Shown here: piece after piece, positions 46,990 to 55,984 of the stretch
Layout: each line of letters opens with the position of its first letter
Numbering within the stretch: position 1 is the stretch's first letter
Assembly (NCBI GenBank): GCA_046539845.1
Contig: JBKHGE010000002.1
Span: 1-64,000 of the forward strand
DNA length: 64,000 bases
Direction of reading: 5' to 3'
Origin: Desulfonatronovibrionaceae bacterium
GTDB lineage: Bacteria; Desulfobacterota; Desulfovibrionia; Desulfovibrionales; Desulfonatronovibrionaceae
Translations under genes and position numbers: made by a program
The notes under the pieces: generated by a model
Told to the model about the DNA's origin: nothing
Seen by the model: the letters and a program-made list of their open reading frames with translations, nothing else
Database searches by the model: none

Positions 46990-48702
46990 TCAGCTGGATT
47001 TTGCCCTGCGGATGGCCTGCAGATCGTCTAACAGGTTGACCGTGTGGCCGTAAAGCTTGCGGATGCCCCGGCCATAGTCGGTGAGCGTGTCCTCATGCGG
47101 CTCCAGATATTTTTTGTGCAGGTAGCGGTCGTCCAGGATGCTGGAGCTGATGGCCATTGCCTTGGCCACCACCTGCTCATAATAGTCAACCAGCTCGAAT
47201 TTCAGCTCATTGAGGATGTTGTACATCTCCTGGAGCATTTCTAGATAGTTCAGTTTTTTACCGTGCAGCTTCCTGTGTTTCAAATCCTCCAGCAGCCGTA
47301 TTTTGCGCGTCTGTCGGATAAAGCTGTATTTTTCCCACACTTCCTGGTATAATTGAGATAGCCTACTGAATTCGGCGCTGTTATCCGGGTTCAGGAGATA
47401 GTTGTCCAGAACCTTGATCACGTTGGAATAGAACTCCTCGGAGTAGCCCACAATCCTGCGCTGATGTTTGCTGAGCCAAGCATAGAGGAATTTGAGTCTT
47501 TTTTCGTGCGTGTCGGTGTTTTCCACTATCTCCCTTTTGTACTTGACCCGGCCCGTGTATTCGCCTTTGACTATGTCGTTCAGCTTCAAGGTCAGATAGG
47601 AGGTGTCCTTTATCAGGTTCACCCGGGTGCAGGATTCCCCGGTCACCGGGTTGACCAACTCCTGGCGCAGCACGGAAAGGGCTCGGTCTTCCTGGACATT
47701 ATTGGGATCGTATTTGTGCTGTTTGTACACCACCCGGAGGAGGACCACCTTTTTTTCCGGGTCAACGAAGAAATTGTGGCGGTGCAGGTAGTCCTCGGTC
47801 TTGGGGTCGAATGCATCCAGGCGGAACAGGGCCAGTTTTTCTACCCGGGGGTAGAATTTCTGGTCCGGATGGGTGTACAGAGTGGTTATACACCTGTCCG
47901 ACTGGCCCAGAACGCGGATCATAAAGGTTTCCCCCAGTTTGAACAGCCTGCGGCTGAAAAGGGCGGCCGAGGTCCGCCTCTCGGAGACGATGGGGAACCC
48001 GTATAGCTCCATCAGGTATTGGTACACGAAGTTTCGGTTCAGCTCGTAATAGTAATTGTTGTCAGGGACAAATTTTTTGATCCGCACCCCGAATCGCTTT
48101 AGCTCGGTGTCCAGGTCCGAAGGGAAAGAGGCATAAGTGCCGGTCAGGTAGAAGTCGTCCTCGCCATCCAGGGCCAGGACGTGCCCCCGGTCCATATGTA
48201 AGAGAAAGGGCAGAAGCACCGGGTAGTTGTCCATGCTGAATATCTCGGACTTGGCAAACTTACGTCGGAAATTGTCCTGCATCTTTTTGGGCAGTTTGTG
48301 ACAAATAGTCTGGAGGTTGTGTTGCTTTATGCTCTCCGGAACTTGGCAGCACGGTGCCTCCTGGGCCGGGTATTTCTCCCGTGGGGAATGAATGATGTCA
48401 AACTGAAAGACCTCGTTGAAATAATCAATCTGCCTTTCAAAGGCGACCATGCTAAAACCCGGCAGGTGCTCGAATTCATAGAGGTCGGCCTCAAAGGAGG
48501 GCAAAAGCTCCCGGGTGTCCACCAGGGGATATCTTCTGCACTCCAAATACGGCTTTATCAGGCACCGCTGGGCTTGAACAATATCCAGGTATTTTTTTAG
48601 GGCTATGATATTGTTCAGTTTATATTTGGGGAGTGGGACCGAGCGATTGGACCAAGTAATATTTTCAGCTTCCTGGAAAAAGTCTCTCCATTTCTTTTTC
48701 AT
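46990..48702 (-). CDS. conserved hypothetical protein (570 aa)
   Basis: long ORF with native-looking codon usage upstream of gcvT; no recognisable catalytic motif. Confidence 0.8.
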   Translation of the reverse strand: MKKKWRDFFQEAENITWSNRSVPLPKYKLNNIIALKKYLDIVQAQRCLIKPYLECRRYPLVDTRELLPSFEADLYEFEHLPGFSMVAFERQIDYFNEVFQFDIIHSPREKYPAQEAPCCQVPESIKQHNLQTICHKLPKKMQDNFRRKFAKSEIFSMDNYPVLLPFLLHMDRGHVLALDGEDDFYLTGTYASFPSDLDTELKRFGVRIKKFVPDNNYYYELNRNFVYQYLMELYGFPIVSERRTSAALFSRRLFKLGETFMIRVLGQSDRCITTLYTHPDQKFYPRVEKLALFRLDAFDPKTEDYLHRHNFFVDPEKKVVLLRVVYKQHKYDPNNVQEDRALSVLRQELVNPVTGESCTRVNLIKDTSYLTLKLNDIVKGEYTGRVKYKREIVENTDTHEKRLKFLYAWLSKHQRRIVGYSEEFYSNVIKVLDNYLLNPDNSAEFSRLSQLYQEVWEKYSFIRQTRKIRLLEDLKHRKLHGKKLNYLEMLQEMYNILNELKFELVDYYEQVVAKAMAISSSILDDRYLHKKYLEPHEDTLTDYGRGIRKLYGHTVNLLDDLQAIRRAKSS

Positions 48703-49102
48703 CTTCTGCTTATTCTTTGCGTGTCCGGGTGATAGATTACGATGTTTTCTTTTGATAAGTTTATGTTTGAGTCTGGATACCTTAAATCAGTTTTCGGTTC
48801 AAGTTTAAATTTTGTTTTTGCATAAAAAGCACTATTTGCTTTATTTTTTGTTTTTTATTCTGTATCTTAAGCCTGAAGAATATTTTTTTGAAGATGCGCG
48901 ACAGTGGGTACTGCATTTGTTGATTTATTGAGATTATGTTTCTAATTATTACATATCTTTCGTCTGTTGAAAAGGTGCGTTTTGCATGTTCAGGGTCCGG
49001 GCATATGCATCCAAGACAAATGTTGACACCACGCAGTCATTTTATCTATATCTTCGTGTTGTTTCTGTCCAAAATCTGCAAGTCATATCAGGATGTTCAA
49101 AA

Positions 49103-49312
49103 ATGAAAAAATTGGATAAATGTCCGCGGGCCAGGATCAACGCCGAGTACTGCACCTGTACCTATTCAGACTGCCCCAGGCACGGCTTGTGCTGCGAATG
49201 CCTGCATTATCACCGCCAGCGGGGGGAGCTCCCGGCCTGTTATTTTACCGAGGAAGAGGAAAAGACGTATAATCGTAGCCTGGAGTTCTTTTTTCAGCGG
49301 CACTTCAAGTAA
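49103..49312 (+). CDS. small Cys-rich protein (DUF6485-like)
   Basis: C...N...CTCTY..C.RHG.CCEC..YH...GELPACYF...E.TY.RS. Confidence 0.8.
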   Translation: MKKLDKCPRARINAEYCTCTYSDCPRHGLCCECLHYHRQRGELPACYFTEEEEKTYNRSLEFFFQRHFK

Positions 49313-49321
49313 AGGATAGAT

Positions 49322-50269
49322 ATGACCGCTAACTGCCTGGACAGGATCCTGGGCATCGTCAGCAGTGTTTTTGATGCCTATTCCACGGTGCTCGTATTGC
49401 GTGAGACCCAGGACGAGTATGTAATCGCTAATTATTTTAGTCTTGGCGACCACATAAGCACGGACAGCCGGATACGTCCGGGCACCGGTCTGGCGGGTTG
49501 GATACTGCGCAACCAGAAACCGCTTTTGATAAACAATTTTGACCGCGAGGTAAGCTGTCTCGGATACTATCAGCCCGCCGGAGAGTCCAAGATAAAGGCG
49601 TTTATGGGCTGTCCCCTTTCCGCAGGAGAAGGGGTGCTCTGCGTGGACAGCAAGAAAACCTATTCCTTTAGTGACAAGGACCAGAAGGTCTTACACCAGT
49701 TCGTGCTTTTGGTGGAGACCCTGCGGACCGGGCTCTGTGAGATAGACGCCACCCGGCGCAAAGAGACCTTGTTTGACTGCCTGCGTCTGATCCTTGGGTT
49801 ACGCTCCAACTTTCCCCGCTGGGATTCGTATATAAAGGAACTTTTGGCGGTGCTCATCCAGTATGCAGGTTTTTCCTGCTCCTTTATAGCCACCCGGGAC
49901 GAGACGGGATCGGGTTTTTTTCTGGAAAGCCAGACCAATCTGGAACTCAAGTCCCGGATTCCCCGGGACTACAAGTTCAATATCAATTCCGGGCTCGTGG
50001 GCTGGGTGTTCAAGAATTCCACCCCGGTTTTCTCCTCCGAAAAAAAGGGGGTGACCAAAATGCCCCTGTTTGGTAAGGAAGTGCACACACCCGAGTTCGC
50101 CTCTCTGGTCTGCCTTCCTCTGGTGGTGTGCAAAAAGACCCGGGGCGTTTTGGTCCTGGCCGACCATGAAGATGTGGACTGCGATCGCAATCTGAAGTCC
50201 TTTTTGCTTATGGTTGCCGATTATCTGGCTCTTTTTCTAGAGAATCTGTATTTGAGGTCCAGGTTGTGA
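49322..50269 (+). CDS. tandem GAF-domain protein
   Basis: GLAGWI...KPL...FMGCPL...GVLCVDS and a second GLVGWV...CLPL...GVLVL unit. Confidence 0.82.
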   Translation: MTANCLDRILGIVSSVFDAYSTVLVLRETQDEYVIANYFSLGDHISTDSRIRPGTGLAGWILRNQKPLLINNFDREVSCLGYYQPAGESKIKAFMGCPLSAGEGVLCVDSKKTYSFSDKDQKVLHQFVLLVETLRTGLCEIDATRRKETLFDCLRLILGLRSNFPRWDSYIKELLAVLIQYAGFSCSFIATRDETGSGFFLESQTNLELKSRIPRDYKFNINSGLVGWVFKNSTPVFSSEKKGVTKMPLFGKEVHTPEFASLVCLPLVVCKKTRGVLVLADHEDVDCDRNLKSFLLMVADYLALFLENLYLRSRL

Positions 50270-50312
50270 TAAATGTTGAGTTTCAGGAATAATCTCTATA
50301 CCGGGGGCGGAT

Positions 50313-51338
50313 ATGGTCTGGAATAAATTGTTTGGTTTCATGAGCAAGGATCTGGCCATGGATCTGGGCACGGCAAATACCCTTTTGTATACGCCCAGAG
50401 ACGGAATTGTGCTCAACGAGCCCTCGGTAGTGGCCCTTTCCTCACGGGACAACAAAGTCCTGGCCGTGGGGCAGGAGGCCAAGGAATTCCTGGGCCGGAC
50501 CCCGAAGAGCATAAACGCGGTTCGGCCCATGAAAGACGGGGTGATTGCTGATTTTGAGGTCACCAAGATCATGATCTCCTTTTTTATCCGCAAGGTGATA
50601 AGGGGATTCAATATAGTCAAACCGCGGTTGGTCATCTGCGTGCCCACCGGGATAACCCCGGTGGAGAAACGTGCAGTCATTGAGTCCGGTCTGCAGGCCG
50701 GGGCCCGGGAGGTTTTGCTCATAGAAGAGCCCATGGCTGCGGCCATCGGTGCGGACCTTCCCATAGACGAGCCTCTGGGGAACATGGTCGTGGATATCGG
50801 CGGTGGGACCACCGAGGTGGCTGTAATGTCTCTTTCTGCTGTGGCTTATTCCGAGTCTGTGCGTGTGGCCGGGGACGAGATGAACGACTCCATCCAGAGA
50901 TACGTGCAGAACAAGTATCAGATGCTTATCGGGGAAAACATGGCCGAGACCCTGAAGAAAAAAGTTGGTGCGGCCGTGCCCCTCAAGGAGTCTCTGAGCT
51001 GCCGTCTGACCGGGAAGTACCTGGTCAACGGCGCCCCCAAATCAGTCCAGATTTCCGATCGGGAGGTTAGCGAGGCCATACGCGAGCCGGTGAACGCGAT
51101 AGTTTCGGCTGTGGCCCGGGCCCTGGACAAGACTCCGCCGGAACTTATTTCGGACATCCTGGACCAGGGTGTGCTTCTGGCCGGGGGTGGGGCGCTTTTG
51201 AAAGGTCTGGATGAGCTGCTGGCCAAGAAGCTGCAGCTCAAGGTGGTCATTGATCAGGAGCCGCTGACCACCGTGGTGCGTGGCACCGGGATCACCCTGG
51301 GCAACATGAAGAAGTTTAGTGAAGTATATATAAACTAG
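50313..51338 (+). CDS. mreB: MreB-family actin homolog (paralog without mreCD)
   Basis: DLGTANT, EPSVVA, RPMKDGVIADF, EEPMAAAIG, DIGGGTTE, LAGGGALL. Confidence 0.93.
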   Translation: MVWNKLFGFMSKDLAMDLGTANTLLYTPRDGIVLNEPSVVALSSRDNKVLAVGQEAKEFLGRTPKSINAVRPMKDGVIADFEVTKIMISFFIRKVIRGFNIVKPRLVICVPTGITPVEKRAVIESGLQAGAREVLLIEEPMAAAIGADLPIDEPLGNMVVDIGGGTTEVAVMSLSAVAYSESVRVAGDEMNDSIQRYVQNKYQMLIGENMAETLKKKVGAAVPLKESLSCRLTGKYLVNGAPKSVQISDREVSEAIREPVNAIVSAVARALDKTPPELISDILDQGVLLAGGGALLKGLDELLAKKLQLKVVIDQEPLTTVVRGTGITLGNMKKFSEVYIN

Positions 51339-51365
51339 CCGGCGGGTTTCGGCTTTGCCGTTTGT

Positions 51366-51896
51366 TTACGCAAACGAGAACACCAGTTTTTTTCTCCAGG
51401 CGAAAATAAGGGATGGGGTGAGCTGGTCCGGCATCTCCAGGACTAGATGCTCCAGCTCCTCCGGGTCCAGAAATAAAAAGGAGGCGGTTTCCGGATCCCG
51501 GAGGCCCGAAGGTTGTTTGATCCGGCCGGCGGAAAAGAAGTGAACGGTCCTGAAGTCGGTCTCCGGGTTGGAGTGAATGGTCCGTATCGGATGCATGCCC
51601 GGGGGCGGGGATCCAGTCTGTTCAAGGAAGTATCTGCAGGCGGCGTCATAAGCCGCCTCTCCGGAGCGAACATGACCGGAGGCGATTAGGTCCAGGCGAC
51701 CGGGATAGATTCTGCTTTCAGTTCCTCGTCTCCGGATACAGGCCCTTCGGCGGGCGTCGCCAAGAGTGAGCAGTACCTCGCGGTGATTAAGGCCTTGAAA
51801 TCTCGCCTCCCTTCTGGACATAACCGCCAGTCTGCGCTGGCCTGCGTCCAGGATATCCACAAATTCAATGCCGCTTTTATCTCTTTTGGGGGACAA
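51366..51896 (-). CDS. NUDIX hydrolase (Idi/YfcD-like, degenerate Nudix box)
   Basis: EFVDILD, GLNHREV, YPGRLD..ASGHVRSGE....AA.R...E; start uncertain (TTG 51896). Confidence 0.7.
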   Translation of the reverse strand: MSPKRDKSGIEFVDILDAGQRRLAVMSRREARFQGLNHREVLLTLGDARRRACIRRRGTESRIYPGRLDLIASGHVRSGEAAYDAACRYFLEQTGSPPPGMHPIRTIHSNPETDFRTVHFFSAGRIKQPSGLRDPETASFLFLDPEELEHLVLEMPDQLTPSLIFAWRKKLVFSFA

Positions 51897-52040
51897 TTCA
51901 CTCTCGCCGGGATGGGGATAAAAGGCGCAGGCCGGTCCGGTTAACGAAATGTTCCCGCCTGCATAACTGCAATTCAGTCTACTTGTTTTGCCCGCTATGG
52001 GAAAGCCCCTTTTTTCGGGTGGTATTAACCGAGGTTTTTT

Positions 52041-52460
52041 ATGTATGAATATCATTTGCAGGTAACTTCCCAGGACATAGACGGCAACGGCCATGTAAAC
52101 AATGTCCGCTATCTGCAGTGGCTGCAGGATGCGGCCATAGCCCATTCGGATGCGGTGGGCTGGACCCAAAAGGAATACGACAGGCTGGGTGCGACCTGGA
52201 TCGTGCGCAGGCACGAGATTGACTATTTCCACCCCGCCTTTGTCCGGGACCGGCTGATCGTTTACACTTGGGTCAAAGAATTCCGCCGTATCAGGTGTCT
52301 GCGCAGCTATGAGATGCTGAGGCCGAAAGATGGGGTATGTCTGGCCCGGGCCCAGACCGTGTGGGTGTTTATGGATACCCAGACCGGCCGGCCCCGGACC
52401 ATCCCTGAGGACATGGCCCGCGATTTTGCGGTCCAGACGCACGAGGCGGCAGCAAAATAA
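52041..52460 (+). CDS. acyl-CoA thioesterase (4HBT/YbgC/FadM-like hotdog fold)
   Basis: DIDGNGHVNNVRY, WIVRRHEIDY..PA; GAGG RBS. Confidence 0.9.
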   Translation: MYEYHLQVTSQDIDGNGHVNNVRYLQWLQDAAIAHSDAVGWTQKEYDRLGATWIVRRHEIDYFHPAFVRDRLIVYTWVKEFRRIRCLRSYEMLRPKDGVCLARAQTVWVFMDTQTGRPRTIPEDMARDFAVQTHEAAAK

Positions 52461-52487
52461 CTCGTTATTTTTCGGGGGGTCAAAATA

Positions 52488-52898
52488 GTGTGGGATGACG
52501 TTTCTGATCTGACTTTGCTGGGCAAGAGCAAAACCGAGTATGTGGACCGGGTGAGTCCGGATATCCTAGAGTCTTTTCCCAACCAGTTCCCGGACCGGGA
52601 CTATACAGTGGTCATGTCCAGCGAGGAGTTCACCTCGCTCTGCCCCATGACCGGGCAGCCGGACTACGGCTGTATAAGCGTGGAATATGTCCCGGATAAG
52701 CTGTGCATTGAGTCCAAATCGTTCAAGCTCTATTTATTTAGCTATCGCCAGGAGCCCACGTTTATGGAGACGGTCACCAACAGGATCCTGGATGATTTGG
52801 CAGCGGCCTGCAAGCCCAGGTACATGGCTGTAACCGCCGAGTTCAACGCCCGGGGGGGGGTGGCTATAAATGTCCGGGCCGAGTATGCAGGGAAGTGA
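52488..52898 (+). CDS. queF: preQ1 synthase (NADPH-dependent 7-cyano-7-deazaguanine reductase)
   Basis: EFTSLCPMTGQPD, ESKSFKLY, F.ARGG. Confidence 0.95.
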   Translation: MWDDVSDLTLLGKSKTEYVDRVSPDILESFPNQFPDRDYTVVMSSEEFTSLCPMTGQPDYGCISVEYVPDKLCIESKSFKLYLFSYRQEPTFMETVTNRILDDLAAACKPRYMAVTAEFNARGGVAINVRAEYAGK

Positions 52899-53394
52899 TT
52901 TTCCCTTTCTGGAAGACAGGATTTTGGCCCCGGTGGCCCGGATTTCCACCCTTCTAACCCGTTCCGGACAGACTTTGGCTGTGGCCGAGTCCTGCACTGC
53001 CGGCCTTCTCGGCTATCTATTGACTTCCGTACCCGGGAGTTCGGCCTGGTTCGCCGGCGGGATCATAGCCTACAGTAACCGGATCAAGGCTGCGGTGCTC
53101 GGGGTGGAGGAGGCGGTCCTGGACGAACACGGCGCGGTGAGCAGAGAATGCGTTTTGCAGATGGCCGAAAGTGTTGCCCAGTTGTTTTCCGGCCGCGTGG
53201 GGATCGCAATCTCCGGGATCGCCGGTCCCGGAGGCGGGAGCGCCCGGAAACCGGTAGGGACTGTATATGTGGCCTGGCGGACTGATTCCGGGGCCGATGC
53301 GCAAAGGCTTCTCTTTTCCGGCACCCGGGAGGAGATCAGACAGGCCGCAGCACTCGAGGCTGTGAATGGACTTTTGCAAAGGATTGTTGCCTGA
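52885..53394 (+). CDS. pncC: CinA C-terminal domain / NMN deamidase
   Basis: AVAESCTAG, PGSSAWF, YSN..K, HGAVS, SGIAGPGGG...KPVGTV. Confidence 0.9.
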   Translation: MQGSDFPFLEDRILAPVARISTLLTRSGQTLAVAESCTAGLLGYLLTSVPGSSAWFAGGIIAYSNRIKAAVLGVEEAVLDEHGAVSRECVLQMAESVAQLFSGRVGIAISGIAGPGGGSARKPVGTVYVAWRTDSGADAQRLLFSGTREEIRQAAALEAVNGLLQRIVA

Positions 53395-53985
53395 ATGCGT
53401 CTTTTTGTGGCTTTGGGCCTGCCTCCGGAATATAAAGACGGTCTGCGGGCGATAAAAGAGAGATGGGAAGCGAGTTTTGCCTCCGGGTTAAAATGGACCC
53501 GGCCTGAAAATTGGCATCTGACGCTCAAGTTTATCGGGGAGCAAGACCCGGCTGATCTGGACCGGATCAAGCAGGCCCTGGATTCGGTGTCCTTCAGCCG
53601 GCTTTTTTTGCAGGCCTCCGGAGGAGGTTTCTTCTCCGGCCGGGGAAGGATCAAGGTGGCCTGGGCCGGGATGAGCGGGGAGGTGCAAGGTCTGAAGACC
53701 CTGGCCTCGGAGGTGGACAAGGCCCTGACCGGGGTGGGGATCCCGGCTGAAAAGCGCCCTTTTCAGCCTCACCTGACCCTTTTCCGGGTCAAGCGTTTCC
53801 GGCGGGAGGATCCGTGGAAGGAATTCGGTGATTATCTGAAGGGTAGAAAATGGCCGGAATTTGCTTGCCAAAAGATCTGTCTGTGGCAGAGCACCCTTAC
53901 CCGGAGGGGCCCCGTCTATGAGCAGATGTATTGGGTACCCTGCCTGGAGGATCAAGGAATCAGGACAGATAATCCCCGCGGTTGA
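53395..53985 (+). CDS. thpR: RNA 2',3'-cyclic phosphodiesterase (2H family)
   Basis: MRLFVA, HLTLKF, PHLTL, S.L...GPVY. Confidence 0.92.
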   Translation: MRLFVALGLPPEYKDGLRAIKERWEASFASGLKWTRPENWHLTLKFIGEQDPADLDRIKQALDSVSFSRLFLQASGGGFFSGRGRIKVAWAGMSGEVQGLKTLASEVDKALTGVGIPAEKRPFQPHLTLFRVKRFRREDPWKEFGDYLKGRKWPEFACQKICLWQSTLTRRGPVYEQMYWVPCLEDQGIRTDNPRG

Positions 53986-54433
53986 ACTTCATCTTTTCCG
54001 TGGTGGTCATGACGTCCAGCTCATTGAGCATTTCCCGGACTTCCGGGCCATGCTTGTCCGGGTCCACTTTGGCCTTCATGTCCTCGACAGCCTGCGATAT
54101 CTCCTCCAGTCCGGCGTAGGCCTCCTTCAGGCTGGATTGGGGGGAGCCCAGCTGTTCTGCGTACATTTCCCACTTGGCTAGGATATTGTCCAGGTTGTCC
54201 ATGACCGCGCCTGGTGAAGGGTTGTTGTTCAGCAAAGACACCTGTAGATAGGCGGAAGAGGAAATATTTTCCTGAGCCCCGCTCTTGGCCGCCGGAGATG
54301 TGTTTGCCTTGTTTTGTTTGTCCGCTTCCTGACGCAGCAACCGGCCGAAATCTTTCTGGTCCTTTTTGTTTTTGGACTGCTGGGCCTGTTCCTGGTTGCG
54401 GATCTGGTTTATCTGTTCCGGGTTTATTTTCAT
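53960..54433 (-). CDS. hypothetical protein under a sigma54 promoter (possibly flagellar regulon)
   Basis: AAGGAG RBS; MKINP... low-complexity N-terminus, helical C-terminus ending KFNRGDY. Confidence 0.75.
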   Translation of the reverse strand: MKINPEQINQIRNQEQAQQSKNKKDQKDFGRLLRQEADKQNKANTSPAAKSGAQENISSSAYLQVSLLNNNPSPGAVMDNLDNILAKWEMYAEQLGSPQSSLKEAYAGLEEISQAVEDMKAKVDPDKHGPEVREMLNELDVMTTTEKMKFNRGDYLS

Positions 54434-54486
54434 TGTCTGCTCCTTAGGAGAAGAAATTTCCTTGGTTGGAACCCTGCAAAAGGATA

Positions 54487-54503
54487 AGCAAATCTCCTGC
54501 CAA
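54487..54503 (-). promoter_or_regulatory. sigma54 (-24/-12) promoter
   Basis: TTGGCAGGAGATTTGCT on the minus strand with correct GG-N10-GC spacing. Confidence 0.75.
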
Positions 54504-54598
54504 AATCACATTTCCTTATCCTTTTTTTGAGTGTAAATAACAATGCCCGGTTTGGCAATACCGGGCAGAAAAGACTGCGGTCAAAAATCTGATTGCTT

Positions 54599-55243
54599 AT
54601 GAGCGTTGTCAGTCGTGATATCCACCGGGCGGTGCGGGTGGTGAAAAGGGGGGGGGTTTTGGTCTATCCCACGGAGACCTTCTGGGCCCTGGGCGGGAGT
54701 GCGTGCTCGTCCGAGGCTGTTTTGCAGACGGCAAGGATCAAGAACCGTCCTCCGGACAAGCCCCTTCCGGTTGTCATCGGATGCATGGAGCACTTGTCCG
54801 CCTTTTTCCGTCCCCGACCAGAGGAGCTGCAAATTGCCGCCTTGTTCTGGCCCGGGCCATTATCCATTGTCGTCCGGGGCGGCCCGGATCTTGCCCCCGT
54901 TCTGGCGGACAGCCGGGGACGGGTATCTGTGAGGTGGTCGGCCCATGCCGCGGCCTGCGGCTTGGCTGTTCAGACCGGGGTGCCGCTTGTCTCCACCAGC
55001 GCCAATCCCTCCGGCCGGCCCCCGGCCAGGGAATTTATCGAGCTGCATAAGGATATAAAAGACAGGGCGGACTTGTGTTTTGTTAGCGAAGAGGTACCCG
55101 CAGGGGGCATGCCTTCCACAGTGGTCGAGGTCACCGTCGGGATGAGCTGTACGATCCTGCGTCCGGGTAAAGTGGGCAGAGAGGATTTTTTAAAAAAAGG
55201 CGTAAACGCGTCCCCGCCACCGGATCAAAACAGCCGGGGCTAA
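54599..55243 (+). CDS. tsaC: L-threonylcarbamoyladenylate synthase (Sua5/YrdC/TsaC)
   Basis: YPTETFWALG, K.RP..KPL, FWPGPLS, STSANPSG, PSTVV. Confidence 0.9.
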   Translation: MSVVSRDIHRAVRVVKRGGVLVYPTETFWALGGSACSSEAVLQTARIKNRPPDKPLPVVIGCMEHLSAFFRPRPEELQIAALFWPGPLSIVVRGGPDLAPVLADSRGRVSVRWSAHAAACGLAVQTGVPLVSTSANPSGRPPAREFIELHKDIKDRADLCFVSEEVPAGGMPSTVVEVTVGMSCTILRPGKVGREDFLKKGVNASPPPDQNSRG

Positions 55244-55845
55244 AAGTTGTAGCGCAAACCGGTGGTCAGGGCGTTGCTACCTCCTTCATCCCCGAATACT
55301 CCATAAGCCGTAGAGCGGTGATGGAGGCGCAAAATCAGGGCCCAGGGGGAATCCGGCAGGGAGAAGGTGGTGTCTATATGCCAATAGAGCATGAGGTGCT
55401 TGGAGGAAGGGTTGATCTCCTCCTCGGTCCTGGGCCGTTTTGTGGTCACGGAGGGTCCCATCCCAAAGCCCAGGGTCTGCTCCAGGGTGTCGTGCCAGGG
55501 GAACTTGTCCCAGTTGGTGGTCAGTATGGGGAGGTTGAACTCCCAATGTTTCTGAGTCCCGAAGTGCCGGGCCACGTTGGCCTCCAGGCCCAGGGAATAA
55601 CGGCGCTTTGATTCCCGCCAGAAAGTCCAGCCTGCGGAGGCCACCAGGAGATGCGAATCCACGAAATCCGCCTGGCCGGTTATTGACTTTTGCCAGTCGT
55701 CGTCTGTAAGGGTACCGCCGTAAATGCTTATGGAGTAGCTTTTTCCCTTGTCCTCGGACTGCGGCCGGGATTCGGCTTCGGCCAGGACCGCCCCCCCCAA
55801 GGTAAGAAAAATACAAAAAAGGAAAACAGGCCAGTGAAAGCGCAT
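55240..55845 (-). CDS. outer-membrane beta-barrel protein (PagL-like)
   Basis: signal peptide, alternating beta strands, RLHHRS motif, GSN, terminal GLRYNF. Confidence 0.7.
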   Translation of the reverse strand: MRFHWPVFLFCIFLTLGGAVLAEAESRPQSEDKGKSYSISIYGGTLTDDDWQKSITGQADFVDSHLLVASAGWTFWRESKRRYSLGLEANVARHFGTQKHWEFNLPILTTNWDKFPWHDTLEQTLGFGMGPSVTTKRPRTEEEINPSSKHLMLYWHIDTTFSLPDSPWALILRLHHRSTAYGVFGDEGGSNALTTGLRYNF

Positions 55846-55984
55846 AGGCCAACCCCCAAGACTAAATGGTTTCAGGTTGATAACCACCTGATCTCAAAAG
55901 GGTAGTGGCAAGTCAATACCCTGTTTTCCGTCCAGCTCCCGGTATCTCCCGGCCCGGAGATACCGAAGGTAAAGGGTTTGGGGG

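Noticed and set aside
51897..52442. N-terminal extension of ORF 51366..52442
   Set aside because: Overlaps the thioesterase gene antisense; the NUDIX-like sequence begins near 51896.
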